NCBI GenBank assembly: GCA_030295235.1
Contig: AP026128.1
Coordinates: forward strand, 1,116,001-1,180,000
DNA: 64,000 nt
Reading direction: 5' to 3'
From: Fistulifera solaris
Lineage: Eukaryota
Shown here: in pieces, positions 22,653-34,300 of the stretch
Layout of the letters: each line of letters begins with the position of its first letter
Position numbering within the stretch: the stretch's first letter is position 1
Translations under genes and position numbers: made by a program
Notes under the pieces: generated by a model
What the model was told of the DNA's origin: nothing
The model's database searches: none
What the model saw: only the letters and a program-made list of their open reading frames with translations

Positions 22653-24384
22653 TTAGACTAAGCTATCATCAGCGACTTCCAAGGCAACTTCCGTGAAGGA
22701 GTTGCGTTGTGATAAATCGGAAGAGAAGTTTCTCAAGTCGTTAGCTAACCAGTGTACGACACTAGGATCCTTGAAGCAACGTGACATGGCAAGTTGCCAT
22801 GCATCTCGAACAATAGTGCGCTTTACTTGAGCATCTTGCTCTGGATCACGAGGTACGAGCCCTGGAAATCGATTGACTTCTACCAGCCATGTTTGAAGAT
22901 CGTCGTCGACAACAAAGTCCAGTCCAAGTACCTTGGGAACCATCATTTTGGATACCATCTTTCGCGTGCTTGACATTTCATGATTTATCGTTGAATCAGA
23001 AACCATATTCTTGTATAGTACGAAGACTTGACGAGTAGCCTCACGAAGAGCCGAAAGCAATGTGTCCCAGGTACCTGATTCGCGCTGTGAAAGCTGGTCC
23101 TTCAGATATTCCAATGTTTCCTGCCGCATAAAGCGCTCTCTTCCTGAATTCGTCATGTGTGATCTCGCGTTGATACCTTCGGCTGTGACAGGTTCTGCAG
23201 CGATTTTGACGAGACCAACATCGGACAAGAAAAGGCCGTCGCCGATCATCGCGACATAAATTCGCAAAGAAAATTTAAAACCACCCGTTAGTAGCAAAGG
23301 ATTCTCGACCATTCTCTGCACAAGGATTTGTTCTTCATCCTTTACAAAGGACGCCACCTTTTTCTGGACATCAGATGAACCTTTCGCAATCAAATTTCCA
23401 TGTGATCCATACCCGGCTCTGCGTTTCAGAATGAATAGTGACGTAGGATTATCAGCACAGGCCCCAAAGCCATTCACCTTCGAGCCGGACATGATCCATC
23501 CTTGAGGCCAGAATGCTCGTGTCTCCTCGGCTATGTTTGGCGTAGACGTCAGCATTCGGTGCAACATGACTTTGTCATCTAGATGCAACAGAATAGGATC
23601 GTCAAAGGGACCAGTATTGACTGAGCAAAAGTCAAGAAAGTCAAAGGAAGGCAGATCATTCTTTGAGATCATGTGATCAACGAAAGTAATATCGTTTCGA
23701 TTCAAATCCGTGGCCACGCGGAAAAGCCATCGACAGAGGAGCGAAGAGTCCGACGACGAGCGAAGACGTTGCAAATCGTCTCCCCCTCCCGCTGAAATAG
23801 TTGATTGCGTCTCTTAGGGCAGACACTTCCGGGAAGCTTGACGAACACTTCATAATATCATTTACTGCGGAAAGGTTTCCTTGCCGAAGGGCACACGTTA
23901 TCGCACCAAGAATACCTTCTTCCTTCTCTGTCATGCGATACTCATCGTAAGCCTCATGGTAGCGAAGCAGCCTCTGCAAGGACTTGGCCTTTTGCAAGTG
24001 CAGCCGATGAATAGTTTTATAAGGTTGTTTTTGCCGTGAAAATTCTAGAGCCTCATCCAAGACCTCTAAAGCCCGGTCGTCATCACCAACTCGAACCAGA
24101 CAAGCGGCATGCAACTCGAAGCAAAGAAGGATTGCCGACTCGGAAAGCTCATTTCTTTCTTCACATTTCAAAATATCATCCCACTGCAAGCACGCCTCTT
24201 CCGCCGCTGTAATATTCGATGCGCCTTGCTCCGAAAGATGCATTGTCCATCGAACACGGTCCAAGAGCGACAGACCTGTTCCGGCGAGAGCATGTACGAC
24301 ATTGTTTGTCAAGGAATGAAGCCAACAACCAATGGTGACAAGGAATATTACTCTCCGCAACTGCCACCTCGTTTTTGAGGTCAT
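22653..24384 (-). CDS. Tubulin-tyrosine-ligase family (ATP-grasp) protein with N-terminal TPR-like helices; frameshift near 23785
   Basis: FILK...GYGSHG, LVQRMVENPLLL..GFKFSLRIYV, HMTNS and LGLDFVVD...WLVEVNRFPG; the upstream ORF is helical and TPR-like. Confidence 0.85.
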
Positions 24385-24856
24385 ACTTGGCAAATAACAG
24401 CGAGGCGACGCGTCTCCGACGTTTTGTTCTTTGAAAAGATACGCGATGACGACAAAAGATCGTGATGTTGTTTGGCGGTAAATAATGCGTCGCACTTTCT
24501 TCCACCCAAAAAGAAACAACCAGATGGCTTTCCTACAGAAAGTGCATTCTGACGCGCTCGTAACGGCACTCGTACTATGGAGTAAACCTACTAAAATGAA
24601 ATTGACGGCCACGAAGCGCATACGTACTTCATTGGCAGTTTGAGAAAGACACAACACAGACAAAAAGGAAGTGCGTGGTCTGGTTGACAACGTCCTGTAC
24701 ACTTTATTGGACTGTGCTGTCGGAAATTTCCCCTCAAATCCGAAAGGAAGGTATCGTCAGTCAAAATTTGATCCGACGCCATCGATTGGTAAGATTCTCG
24801 TTTCGATCATAATTTCCAAGAAGTTGTCTCTTTCATTCGAATTCCAATCTTTTACA

Positions 24857-25358
24857 ATGGTACGTAAAGCCTTCGTGTTTACCAGCTTGGCGGCAGCAAC
24901 GCCTGAAAATGTTATTGCTGTTGCACTTACGACGACCCGTTCTGACGCTTGTTCTTTTCAACAACACAGCTTTCCAAGTCGACCATTCTTTTCTCCCTCT
25001 TTGCTGTCGCCACGGCTTTCGCACCTTCCCGACCGGCCTTCGGTGCTCGCTCTGCCACTAGCTTGTTCAGCTCGCCATACGGAAAGTATGACGAAAAGCT
25101 TTGGGATATGACGGCTAAGCTCGATGTTTACAACGCATGGAACCCGGCCGCCCCCGTTCTCCTCAGAACTTCAACCCCTTCGAGACCTTCGAGGGTAACA
25201 GCCCGGACGCTTCGGGATTCTACCCCGGTGAGGGACGCTACAAGGACCCCATCCGCCCGGATGTCAACTTCACCACAATGATGGAAGAGCGTAAGATCTT
25301 GGAAGACATTGCTGCCAACCCCAAGGCCGCCCTGGGATGCCCTGGATGCCGCAGTTAA
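24857..25358 (+). CDS. Small plastid-targeted protein ending in CPGC; ATG micro-exon, intron 24860-24969, frameshift near 25155
   Basis: ATG|GTACGT...CACAG|CTTTCC; ATAFAP cleavage motif; mature YGKYDEKLWD...NFNPFETFEGNSPDASGFYPGEGRYKDP...GCPGCRS. Confidence 0.85.
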
Positions 25359-25711
25359 GCGTTCGTAGTTTAGGACTGACTGAGCGAGAGTAACTAACTA
25401 TAGAGTTTGTTAACTTGCAAATAGTGACATTAAAAAAAGCCTCGATACCCGTAGTGTAGGAGTATCGCATTGACACTGACAATACAGTGCGGCATCGTTA
25501 GATTTCTGTTACTTCACATCCAGATTCCCTCGAAGATTAGGCTCGTCGGCGCAACTCAACAACCATACATCGCCAGGGCAACACGTCTAAGCTACTCTTA
25601 AGGTTTAACATTCTCACCTAATTGAGTCAACTAGTCGTAATGTATCCCGTTAACCATAAAACGGCTGTGCCATTATTTTATACTCCGTACAAATTTCAAG
25701 TTGCAACATCT

Positions 25712-26608
25712 CTACGCTACACCAAAGAATCGGCGAGCTTCTTCGCTCTCATCATCGTCCATTTCGTCCACTATTAGCGCCTCTACCTTTTCATCAATGT
25801 GACCCAAGTCCTTGCCGGGTGCCAGCCTATCTCGAATCATCCTTTTGAGCTGAGAAACTTCAGGGAATCCTCCTTCCCGTTCCCTGTCCCAAATGATCTC
25901 ATCATTCAGAGTAATGGTGAATTGTCCCCCTTTACTGGGCGGTCGACTGGGAATGAGTGAAAACGAATTGAGTTCTTGATCAAATGTTGTCAACACTTCC
26001 AGTCCAAAATAAGCCGCGCGATAGAGCCAACGGCACCCGGTACAGTAAGTTATCGAGAGAGAGGGCGTTTTCGTCCCGAAAAGAGCGACTTGAGTGATAA
26101 GTTGATCTTCTCTTGCTATGGATTCGCTGTCATCTTGTATCATAGGAGACTCTTGACTTTCCTGTCGATCTTTGGTGTCGCTGTGCCCCAAGAACTTTTT
26201 GGGACTAATTTCATCGCGTACCAACTGTTTGAGCTCTTTCGAATCGGGGAACGAACCCTCTTCGAGTCGATCCCATAGTACTTCCGCGTTGCGTTGGTCG
26301 TTCCAACACTGCACAAAGAACATGCCTCCCGGCATCGGTGGACGACAAGGAATTAACGTGACCGCCTCGAGCGCTGCCTCCACTTGAAAAGTTGTCAGTA
26401 GCTCTTGCGCCAACCAGAAACTTCGCAGTCCCCACCGGCATCCTGTACAATACTCAATCGTTACCTGATCCATTAATCGTGATTGTCGATGGCGTGCCAG
26501 CATTCCGGAATTTGCCAGAGTGGGTGTCAAAAATCCATCGGTCGATACAATCAGCACTCCGACGGTCGCTATTGCTCCCATAACAGAGACACAAGTGATT
26601 CTTCTCAT
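25712..26608 (-). CDS. Rdx-family (SelW/SelT/SelH-like) protein with two tandem CxxC domains and a bipartite presequence
   Basis: VTIEYCTGCRW...ELLTTF...GG.F...LWDR..EG.FP..KELKQLVRD occurs twice; signal peptide plus TDGFL. Confidence 0.9.
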   Translation of the reverse strand: MRRITCVSVMGAIATVGVLIVSTDGFLTPTLANSGMLARHRQSRLMDQVTIEYCTGCRWGLRSFWLAQELLTTFQVEAALEAVTLIPCRPPMPGGMFFVQCWNDQRNAEVLWDRLEEGSFPDSKELKQLVRDEISPKKFLGHSDTKDRQESQESPMIQDDSESIAREDQLITQVALFGTKTPSLSITYCTGCRWLYRAAYFGLEVLTTFDQELNSFSLIPSRPPSKGGQFTITLNDEIIWDREREGGFPEVSQLKRMIRDRLAPGKDLGHIDEKVEALIVDEMDDDESEEARRFFGVA

Positions 26609-26747
26609 TTCAAAAGCAAGATAAGGGGATCTTTAGTTGTTGGATGTGTGGCGATGAAAAATTGGAACATAGACTTGAGTTCATTCCTTTTTTTGGTCGA
26701 CAGCAAGGTGCGCCTCTGTTTTATTGTGACAGCTATCTCATGCTCAT

Positions 26748-27770
26748 GTCCAAAATTTCTGGACCAGTTGTATTTCATTATATTTAGTCCGGGCTGGTCC
26801 AGAAATTCTGGACCAGCTGTGCTTCATTCTTACAGAAAATCTGGAGTGGTCCAGAAATTCTGGACCAGCTGTATTTCATTCGATCAGAAAATCTGGGGTG
26901 GTCCAGAAATTCTGGACCAGTTTGTATTTCATTCATACAGAAAATCTGGACTAGTCCAGAAATCCTGGACCAGCAATAATGCAATCATACAGAAAATCTG
27001 GAGTGATCCAGAAATTCTGGACTAGCTGTATTTCATTCAATCAGAAAATCAGGGGTGGTCCAGAAATTCTGGACCAGTTTGTATTTCATTCATACAGAAA
27101 ATCTGGACTAGTCCAGAAATTCTGGACCAGCTGTGCTTCATTCATACAGAAAATCTAGACATCTCCAGAAATTCTGGAAGAGCAATAATTCATTCATACA
27201 GAAAATCTGGCAATCTCCAGAAATTCTGGAACAGCAAGAGAATCTGGTGGTCTAGGAATTCTGGACCAGCAAGAATTCATTTATATAGAGAATCTGGACT
27301 GGTCCAGAAATTCTGGACCAAGCGTAATTCATTCATACAGAAAATCAGTGGTGGTCCAGAAATTTAGGACCGGATGTAATTCATTCAAACAGAAAATCTG
27401 GATCAACAATTATTCATTCATACAGAAAATCAGTGGTGGTCCAGAAATTTTGGACCAGCTGTGATTCATTCAATCAGAAAATCTGGAGTGGTCCAGAAAT
27501 TCTTAAACCAGCAATTATTCATTCATACAGAAAATCTGGAGTGGTCCAGAAATTCTGGACCAGCACTTATTCATTCATTCAGAAAATCTGTGGTGGTCCA
27601 GAAATTCTGGACCATCTTAATTCATTCATACACCAATTGTATTTCATTCATACAGAAAATCTGGAGTTGTCCAGATTGTCGGGACCAACTGTATTTCATC
27701 TTCCAGAAATTCTGTACGAATTGTATTGTATTCACACATAAAATCTGGGATAGTCCAGACATGACTGCTG
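26748..27770. repeat. ~52-bp tandem array (roughly 19-20 units), core CTGG.GTGGTCCAGAAATTCTGGACCAG
   Basis: Cores at ~26796, 26848, 26900, 26953, 27005, 27057, 27110 and onward; spacer TTTCATTCATACAGAAAAT. Confidence 0.95.
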
Positions 27771-28182
27771 AAAATTCCAGTCACGGTAAAGGAAAGACTC
27801 TGGGTCTCGAGCAAAAAACCAAAAAAACCCAACGACAAAGGCAGAACATTCTAACTTTTCTTGGGGCTGGGAATAAGTCAAGGGGAACCCAAAAACAAAA
27901 GAATTGCTTGTTAGGGAAAGACTTACTAGCACAGAAGCGTGCCTAGTGCCTAGTTTGTTATAGCCGATTGAGAGTGATTTTCCCTAATAGTTGTTATTAG
28001 AGCGATGTCCGTCGATTCGGCCAGGAATGAACCGTAACGCTAGCAGCCTATTTTCTGGGAAAGTATCGAAAAAGAAGAGAAAATAATTGCCTTTATAGAT
28101 ATTGTACATTTGTATAGCATTATCTTATTGCGTTTGCATATAGCGCGTTTGTTTTTAGCAAGCCAAGGATACTTTCGACCTT

Positions 28183-29118
28183 TCAATACAGACATTTTAG
28201 TTGACGATAGACTTCGGCATATTCTTCTTCATCCACTTTCATGAAAGGCTGTACTCGATTGAGCAATCCTTGAATGGAGCACTCGCTGTAGCCCCGATAT
28301 CGGGCACAAAGGACCAACACCGCCAAGGCCACGACACTGTTTCGACATTCGAGAAACGATGCACTGGCCACAGATACTTCCGCAATGGTTGCACACAAAG
28401 CTTCAAACTCATTCCATGACTGGTTCGTTGGGAAAAACTCCCAAAGAAGACGGCAGTACTCGATGGTAGTCGGTGGTGTTACTTGCCATTGAAGCGTCTT
28501 GAGAATATCATTCTCCGTCGCGATGATATCTTGCGGTTTGTAAAAGCCTCGAGACATGAGGACCAATGCATCGACCGTTAACTTGTGTCCGTCCATGATC
28601 TTGATACTGATGTACAGACAGGTCATACTAAAGAGTTGAAAGTCTTCGCGAGTGATGGGTAATGCATTGGAAGAAAGCTCCGAGTCGACGTAACGATCCA
28701 GTAGATGAAAGCTATTCGCAATCACAGCAGTTCGGTCAATGACACCATAGCTATCCGCCACCATACAAGACCAATCGAACATTTGTTCTCGCCAAAATTG
28801 CAGTGAATCGGTGGATGGGTACGGAGGATACGGTTGCGCGCAACTGCAAGTATTCTCCAGACGCGATTTTTCTTCAAAATCTTGCACGCATGTAACAGAA
28901 GGCACTTTATTCACCATCGCCTTCGCTGGAGGAGAAGCTACCGGATCTGTTACCATCCACGCGCATTCTTCCAACAGGTGAAGAGCCGCTTGTTGCGATT
29001 CCGTCATTATGGTACCGCATGAGCATTTCGAATTGAAAGCTTGTATGTAATCACGACGACGATACGCTTTCTCCTCACGCTGCATCATGGCAGTGATTGT
29101 ATCTTGAGCAGTATCCAT
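28183..29118 (-). CDS. Cyclin, diatom-specific cyclin (dsCYC) type
   Basis: Cyclin box WREQMFDWS...LLDRY...FQLFSMTCLYISIK...LSRGFY...E..IL..L.W...PPT; N-terminal TITAMMQREEKAY..RDY typical of dsCYCs. Confidence 0.9.
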   Translation of the reverse strand: MDTAQDTITAMMQREEKAYRRRDYIQAFNSKCSCGTIMTESQQAALHLLEECAWMVTDPVASPPAKAMVNKVPSVTCVQDFEEKSRLENTCSCAQPYPPYPSTDSLQFWREQMFDWSCMVADSYGVIDRTAVIANSFHLLDRYVDSELSSNALPITREDFQLFSMTCLYISIKIMDGHKLTVDALVLMSRGFYKPQDIIATENDILKTLQWQVTPPTTIEYCRLLWEFFPTNQSWNEFEALCATIAEVSVASASFLECRNSVVALAVLVLCARYRGYSECSIQGLLNRVQPFMKVDEEEYAEVYRQLKCLY

Positions 29119-29821
29119 GGTGAATTGGTTGAGCAATCCTCTCAAAAGATCGGATGTATGATGTATCTTTACTTCAAAGACTCCTCGTCGGAAAAAAGTG
29201 TGGTTGATGGGAAATTTGAACTTTGAACACGGAAGATTTTTGCCGCGCAAATCTGCAAGTGCAAGTTGGGTGGTGGATAAATAATGAACGGACCAATCAA
29301 ATTCTGCCGCCAAAGCCGATGTGGTCAAAACGTCAATGCGGCACTCTACAAGAATATGTACCGTATCGACGTCATGAGTACCGGTATGGGGCAACGTGTG
29401 CGAAACACGGAACACACTACTACTATTTTACTGAGTGTCGACAGCTGACCACTTGCCGTCCAGTCGATGTCATCCATTTCTGTGTTTCGGACTCACTGTT
29501 TGTACAGTAGCTTCTAGTGTAGAGTTGTGTGACGTAAGCCAATAACGAGTGCTAAGGAAAGTGACGTCAGATAGTGATGAACAAGCTGGATCAATCGTGG
29601 ATTGTCTGGTTCAACGTTCAACATTGAACGTCATTAATGAGTCAACTATAGATAAGACTACAAGATCCCAAATCCCGAACTCGAATGAAACTCGCAAAGA
29701 GTTCTTTTTTCATGCTGGGACGACGACGACGACGATAAAAATTCTTTGAAAAGAATGACAGGGTGTCATAAAACCTTCTTCGCATAAGTTTGGAGATCGC
29801 TGCTACTAACAACACCTCAAA

Positions 29822-30664
29822 ATGATGTACTCGCTTCGTGTTACTCGTCTTTTGGCTGGGAATAAGCGACCACGATGGTTTAGTAGTGAGCCTCAAGTAA
29901 CGTCGACCTTGACGTCCTCGCAGATCGGTTTAATCACCTTGAACCATCCTCCTGCCAACGCCATGGGAAGAGTCTTTTGCAGCAGCTGAAACACGAAATG
30001 AAATCTATGGAAGACGCCCGCTGTATCATCCTTCACTCGGCATTAGCTCCGAAAGTATTTTCGGCGGGCGCCGACTTGAAAGAACGAGCCACCATGACAA
30101 TGGAAGAAGCGGAAGCTTTTGTCGTCCAACTGCGCACGACTATGCAGGAATTGAGCAATCTTCCGGTACCGGTCATTGCCGCCATCGATGGTGTTGCCGT
30201 CGGAGGAGGTCTCGAATTGGCCCTGGCCGCGGATTTGCGCGTTGTTTCCGCGCGGTCCAAAGTCGGATTGCCCGAAACATCACTGGCGATTGTTCCTGGT
30301 GCGGGTGGGACACAACGATTGCCTCGACTCATAGGAGAAGGTCGTGCAAAAGAGCTCATTTGGACGGGTCGTCGCCTCAGTGGAGTTGAAGCAGCAGAAT
30401 ATGGACTAGCAACGCGGTTGGTGGACAACGAAGAGTCGAGGCTTGGACACCGCCATGCAGTTGGCGGAAGAGATAGCGAAGAAGGGTCCGGTGGCTATAC
30501 GAGCTTCGAAATGGGCGATTCAAGAAGGAATGAAAAAAGTTTCAATGGAGAATGCATTGGAAGTAGAGCGTCAAGCTTACGCTCGAGTCCTCCCGACAAA
30601 CGACCGTCTTGAGGGTCTGGCAGCCTTTCGGGAAGGAAGAACGCCCAACTATCGAGGCGAGTAG
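29822..30664 (+). CDS. AUH: Mitochondrial enoyl-CoA hydratase family protein, methylglutaconyl-CoA hydratase (AUH)-like; about 3 frameshifts
   Basis: FSAGADLKER, PVIAAIDGVAVGGGLELALAADLR, GLPETSLAIVPGAGGTQRLPRLIG and DRLEGLAAFREGRTPNYRGE; presequence MMYSLRVTRL..RWFSS. Confidence 0.85.
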
Positions 30665-30704
30665 CTGGTAAATCATAGAGTATAACTAACTGGTTATACA
30701 CAGA

Positions 30705-31436
30705 TTAAGACAATCGCACAACATTGGTATCAATTTTCCGTTCCAGCAATACATAGGCACATCCCGCGAGCCCGAGTGCACTGGTGGCCGTATGCAACGA
30801 ACTCGTAAGTTGCAACGGCACGATCGAGTCAATGGCCCCTGAACTGATCGATAAGAGTCCAATCATAACGGCTATTCTGGGTCTCATCTTCTGCCAATAC
30901 CGCTGATGATACTGTTCTGCCTGATAAAACGACTGCAATGGTTCAATTTGTGTCAGACGAGCTGGAACTCCATCGGGGCGAACCGTATCGGCATTCTGTT
31001 GCAACCATGATTGCGCTAATCGTTCCTGTTCCGTGTTATGTGGAAAAATGAAGGATGCATATTGTCGTGATCCATTGAAGGCCGGTTCTTGGCACTGAAA
31101 GAAGGCATCCAGTAATTGTTCGTAGGAAAGCACAGAAGTGTCGTACGTGACGCGCACCCCTTCGACCCATTCTCGCGAAAAGCAAACGGAATCATAGGAA
31201 GGCGCTTCGGTTGATTGCTTTCCAGTATATCCAACGACAGTATCAATGACACCCGGGACTTTTAGTAATTCTTCCGATGGTTTCCAGAAACATCCCATTC
31301 CAAAGGTCGCTTCTTCTTGGGCCAATAAGCGTGTTGTGGAGAACAGCGTGTGACGCACATTCGGAGACGGAATGAACGCCGTTGCAATTCCGCACAAATA
31401 GAGGACAGAAACAATGTGACGACTCATGAATGTCAT
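30705..31436 (-). CDS. msrA: Peptide methionine sulfoxide reductase A, plastid-targeted
   Basis: ATFGMGCFW, VGYTG, SYEQLLDAFF, QYAS and FYQAEQYHQRY; ATAFIP cleavage motif. Confidence 0.92.
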   Translation of the reverse strand: MTFMSRHIVSVLYLCGIATAFIPSPNVRHTLFSTTRLLAQEEATFGMGCFWKPSEELLKVPGVIDTVVGYTGKQSTEAPSYDSVCFSREWVEGVRVTYDTSVLSYEQLLDAFFQCQEPAFNGSRQYASFIFPHNTEQERLAQSWLQQNADTVRPDGVPARLTQIEPLQSFYQAEQYHQRYWQKMRPRIAVMIGLLSISSGAIDSIVPLQLTSSLHTATSALGLAGCAYVLLERKIDTNVVRLS

Positions 31437-32042
31437 GTTGTATTTGTGAAACGATCCATTCTAATGTTTATGTGAATGCAAAATAACAGCAATGCGAAAT
31501 ACTGCATGCGACGTATAATTCGTGACAGAAATACAGTCATTCGTGGAAAAGTTGAGATACAATTTGGCCAATAGTAAACGAGGACGACAAGGATCCGCGA
31601 GCAATAGGTATTGGCATTTTATGAATGAGTCGCGCAATGAAACGCAGCTGATCATAAATCTCTTGCTATAAAGATGGATGGAACTCGCCAAGTTAGTGTG
31701 ACAAACGGAATTTATAAAGAGCAATCTCGCTCGGAATATTAGTTATTCGTGACTGAACTGTAGTCACGAGAAAAAAGTAATCTACACATCAGCGCTATAG
31801 AAGTGACTGAGCGGTAACCAAACTTGTTTTGTAAATAGATCTTGCCCAGGGAAAGCAACGAGTGGCTCAAAAGAGACCGTTGCGTGCGGGCCGGAGGAAA
31901 TGAAAATGAAAAATGCAACAACATAACAAAGACAAAATTGCCTTTAATTGTCAAGGAGTAGAGTGAAAAGAAAGTGAATTGTTCTTTTATAGATAAGCAT
32001 TTGAAGAAGACTCATTCTAGCGTTAATAAGACGAGCGCAAGC

Positions 32043-34238
32043 ATGACGCAAGAAGACAACAAACAAGAACTGCAAGATCGTTTAGACGCGTTGAATGCCC
32101 AAATTACCAAACAGGGCTCGCATGTCCGACAACTCAAGAAAGATGGAATTGCGGATGCCATCGGAGAAGCAGTAGAGCAGCTGCAAGCTCTGAAACTGGA
32201 AGCTGCGACTCTGCAGGATAAACTACAAGCCGGCGAAACGCAATTCAATCGCAAGTCATTCGATGATTTGATTTTGCGAAAAATGTTTGTCATTCCAAGT
32301 TTCGAAATTCATGGTGGTGTGAAAGGTCTCTTTGACTTGGGTCCTCCAGCGTGTGCTCTCAAGGTACGTTTATGATTCAGACGCTGTTGTAGCAACTATC
32401 TATATGTTCTCATGCGTACACTATTCTTTTGCGTAATAGGCCGCCATGATTGACATGTGGCGCAAACACTTTGTTCTGGCCGAGAATATGCTCGAAATGG
32501 AGTGCACTTGTTTGACTCCTCAAGTCGTTCTCAAAACAAGTGGTCACGTGGATCGATTCACGGATCTCATGGTGAAAGATCCGGCAACCGGCGAGTGTTT
32601 CCGTGCCGATAAGTTGTTGGAGGATGCGATTGACGATCTGATCGAAAAGAACCCCACTATGCCGAATGCCGAAAAGGAAGAACACTTGAAAATACAACGA
32701 CAAGCCGATGCTTTCTCGCCTACTGAACTGGACGAGCTTTTGGTTAAATACAATTGCAAGGGACCTTCGGGTGAAGCGTACTCTCCTTCATTCCCCTTCA
32801 ATCTCATGTTCCAAACCAGCATCGGACCGGAAGGTACGGCGGTAGGATACTGCGACCCGAAACAGCTCAGGGTCTTTTTGTGAACTTTCGTCGATTGTTG
32901 GATTTGAATGCCGGCAAGACACCGTTTGCGGCGGCACAAATTGGTTTGGGATTCCGTAACGAAATTGCTCCACGCTCGGGACTCTTGCGCGTGCGGGAAT
33001 TTTGCATGGGCGAGATTGAACACTTTGTCAACCCGAATGACAAGTCGCACCCGAATTTTGCGTCCGTGGCTGGCAAAGAACTCGTCTTGTTTGGTCGTGA
33101 CGATCAGCTGGGATCGGGTAAAACCAAGACGGTAGCCATTGGAGAAGCTGTTAAAAGTGGCTTGGTAAACAATGAAACCTTGGGTTATTTCATGGCACGA
33201 ACGCAACTTTATATGGAAAAGATTGGTATGGATCCCAAGCGTTTGCGTTTCCGTCAGCATTTGACGACCGAAATGGCGCACTATGCTACGGATTGTTGGG
33301 ACTTGGAGATTCAGTCGAGCTATGGTTGGGTCGAGTGCGTGGGTCATGCCGACCGCGCGTGCTACGATCTAGAGGTGCACAGTAAAGCGACTAAGACTCC
33401 CATGGTGGCTACCGAAAAAGTGGATCCACCGGTCGGAATTGAATATGCCAAGATCAAGTTTGATCGTAAGTTACTCGGCCAAGCATTTAAGCAAGACCAA
33501 CGTATCGTTTCGGGACTTTTGGATGGACTAGCTGAAGATTGGAAGAATTTTGAACCGATTGCCACGGCACTAGATACCGATGGTAAGACGACCGTGGATG
33601 GCTTTGAGATTACTAAGGAAATGGTCTCGTGGACCAAATCTTCCAAGAAAGTTCACGAAGTGAAATTTACCCCATCTGTAATCGAACCCTCATTTGGCAT
33701 GGGCCGAATCTTGTACTCCTTGCTAGAACATTCCTTCTACACGCGCGAAGGAGATGAGCAACGCACGGTGATGCGATTCAATCCGCAAGTAGCCCCTCAA
33801 AAATGTGCTGTGTTCCCGATCAGCAGCAACGCCGAGTGCAATGCGGTTGTTGACGAAATTGCCGCTGATCTTATGGACAGTGACCTCGCTACACGCGTCG
33901 ACAAGTCGTCCGCCGCTTTGGGTAGACGATATGCGCGCACGGATGAATTGGGTGTCCCTTTCGCTGTTACTGTTGACTTTGAAACACTTAAAGATAACAC
34001 AGTCACTCTTCGAGAGCGCGATTCCATGAAGCAGGTGCGCTTGCCGAAGTCTGAAATCACGCCTTTATTGATGCGTATTGTACATGGCAAACTCAACTGG
34101 GATGCAGTCACAAAGAAGTATCCTTTGGTACAAGTGGATGAAGGTGACGGAGTCGTCGCTGAAAGCACCGAGAAAGGACCAACCGTTGTGGAAACAACAT
34201 CTCGTGGACGATTCCGACGACCGGCCCCTCAAAACTAA
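32043..34238 (+). CDS. GARS: Glycyl-tRNA synthetase (alpha2 eukaryotic type, N-terminal WHEP); intron 32364-32439; frameshift near 32853
   Basis: WHEP (QGSHVRQLKK...LKLE), SGHVDRFTD, FNLMFQT, FRNEIAPRSGLLRVREF, EMAHYA.DCWD, GWVECVG, VIEPSFG.GRI and anticodon domain. Confidence 0.97.
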
Positions 34239-34300
34239 CAAAACGATAACGTGTTTACGTTGCTATAGTAACAATGGGTTTTCCTAGGTCAAAAATTGTA

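Noticed and set aside
25712..26608. Selenoprotein with UGA recoding
   Set aside because: Both motifs are CTGC with Cys codons; there is no in-frame TGA.
26748..27770. CRISPR-like appearance (palindromic repeat with regular spacing)
   Set aside because: Spacers are homologous to each other, the context is eukaryotic and no cas genes are present; it is a tandem array.
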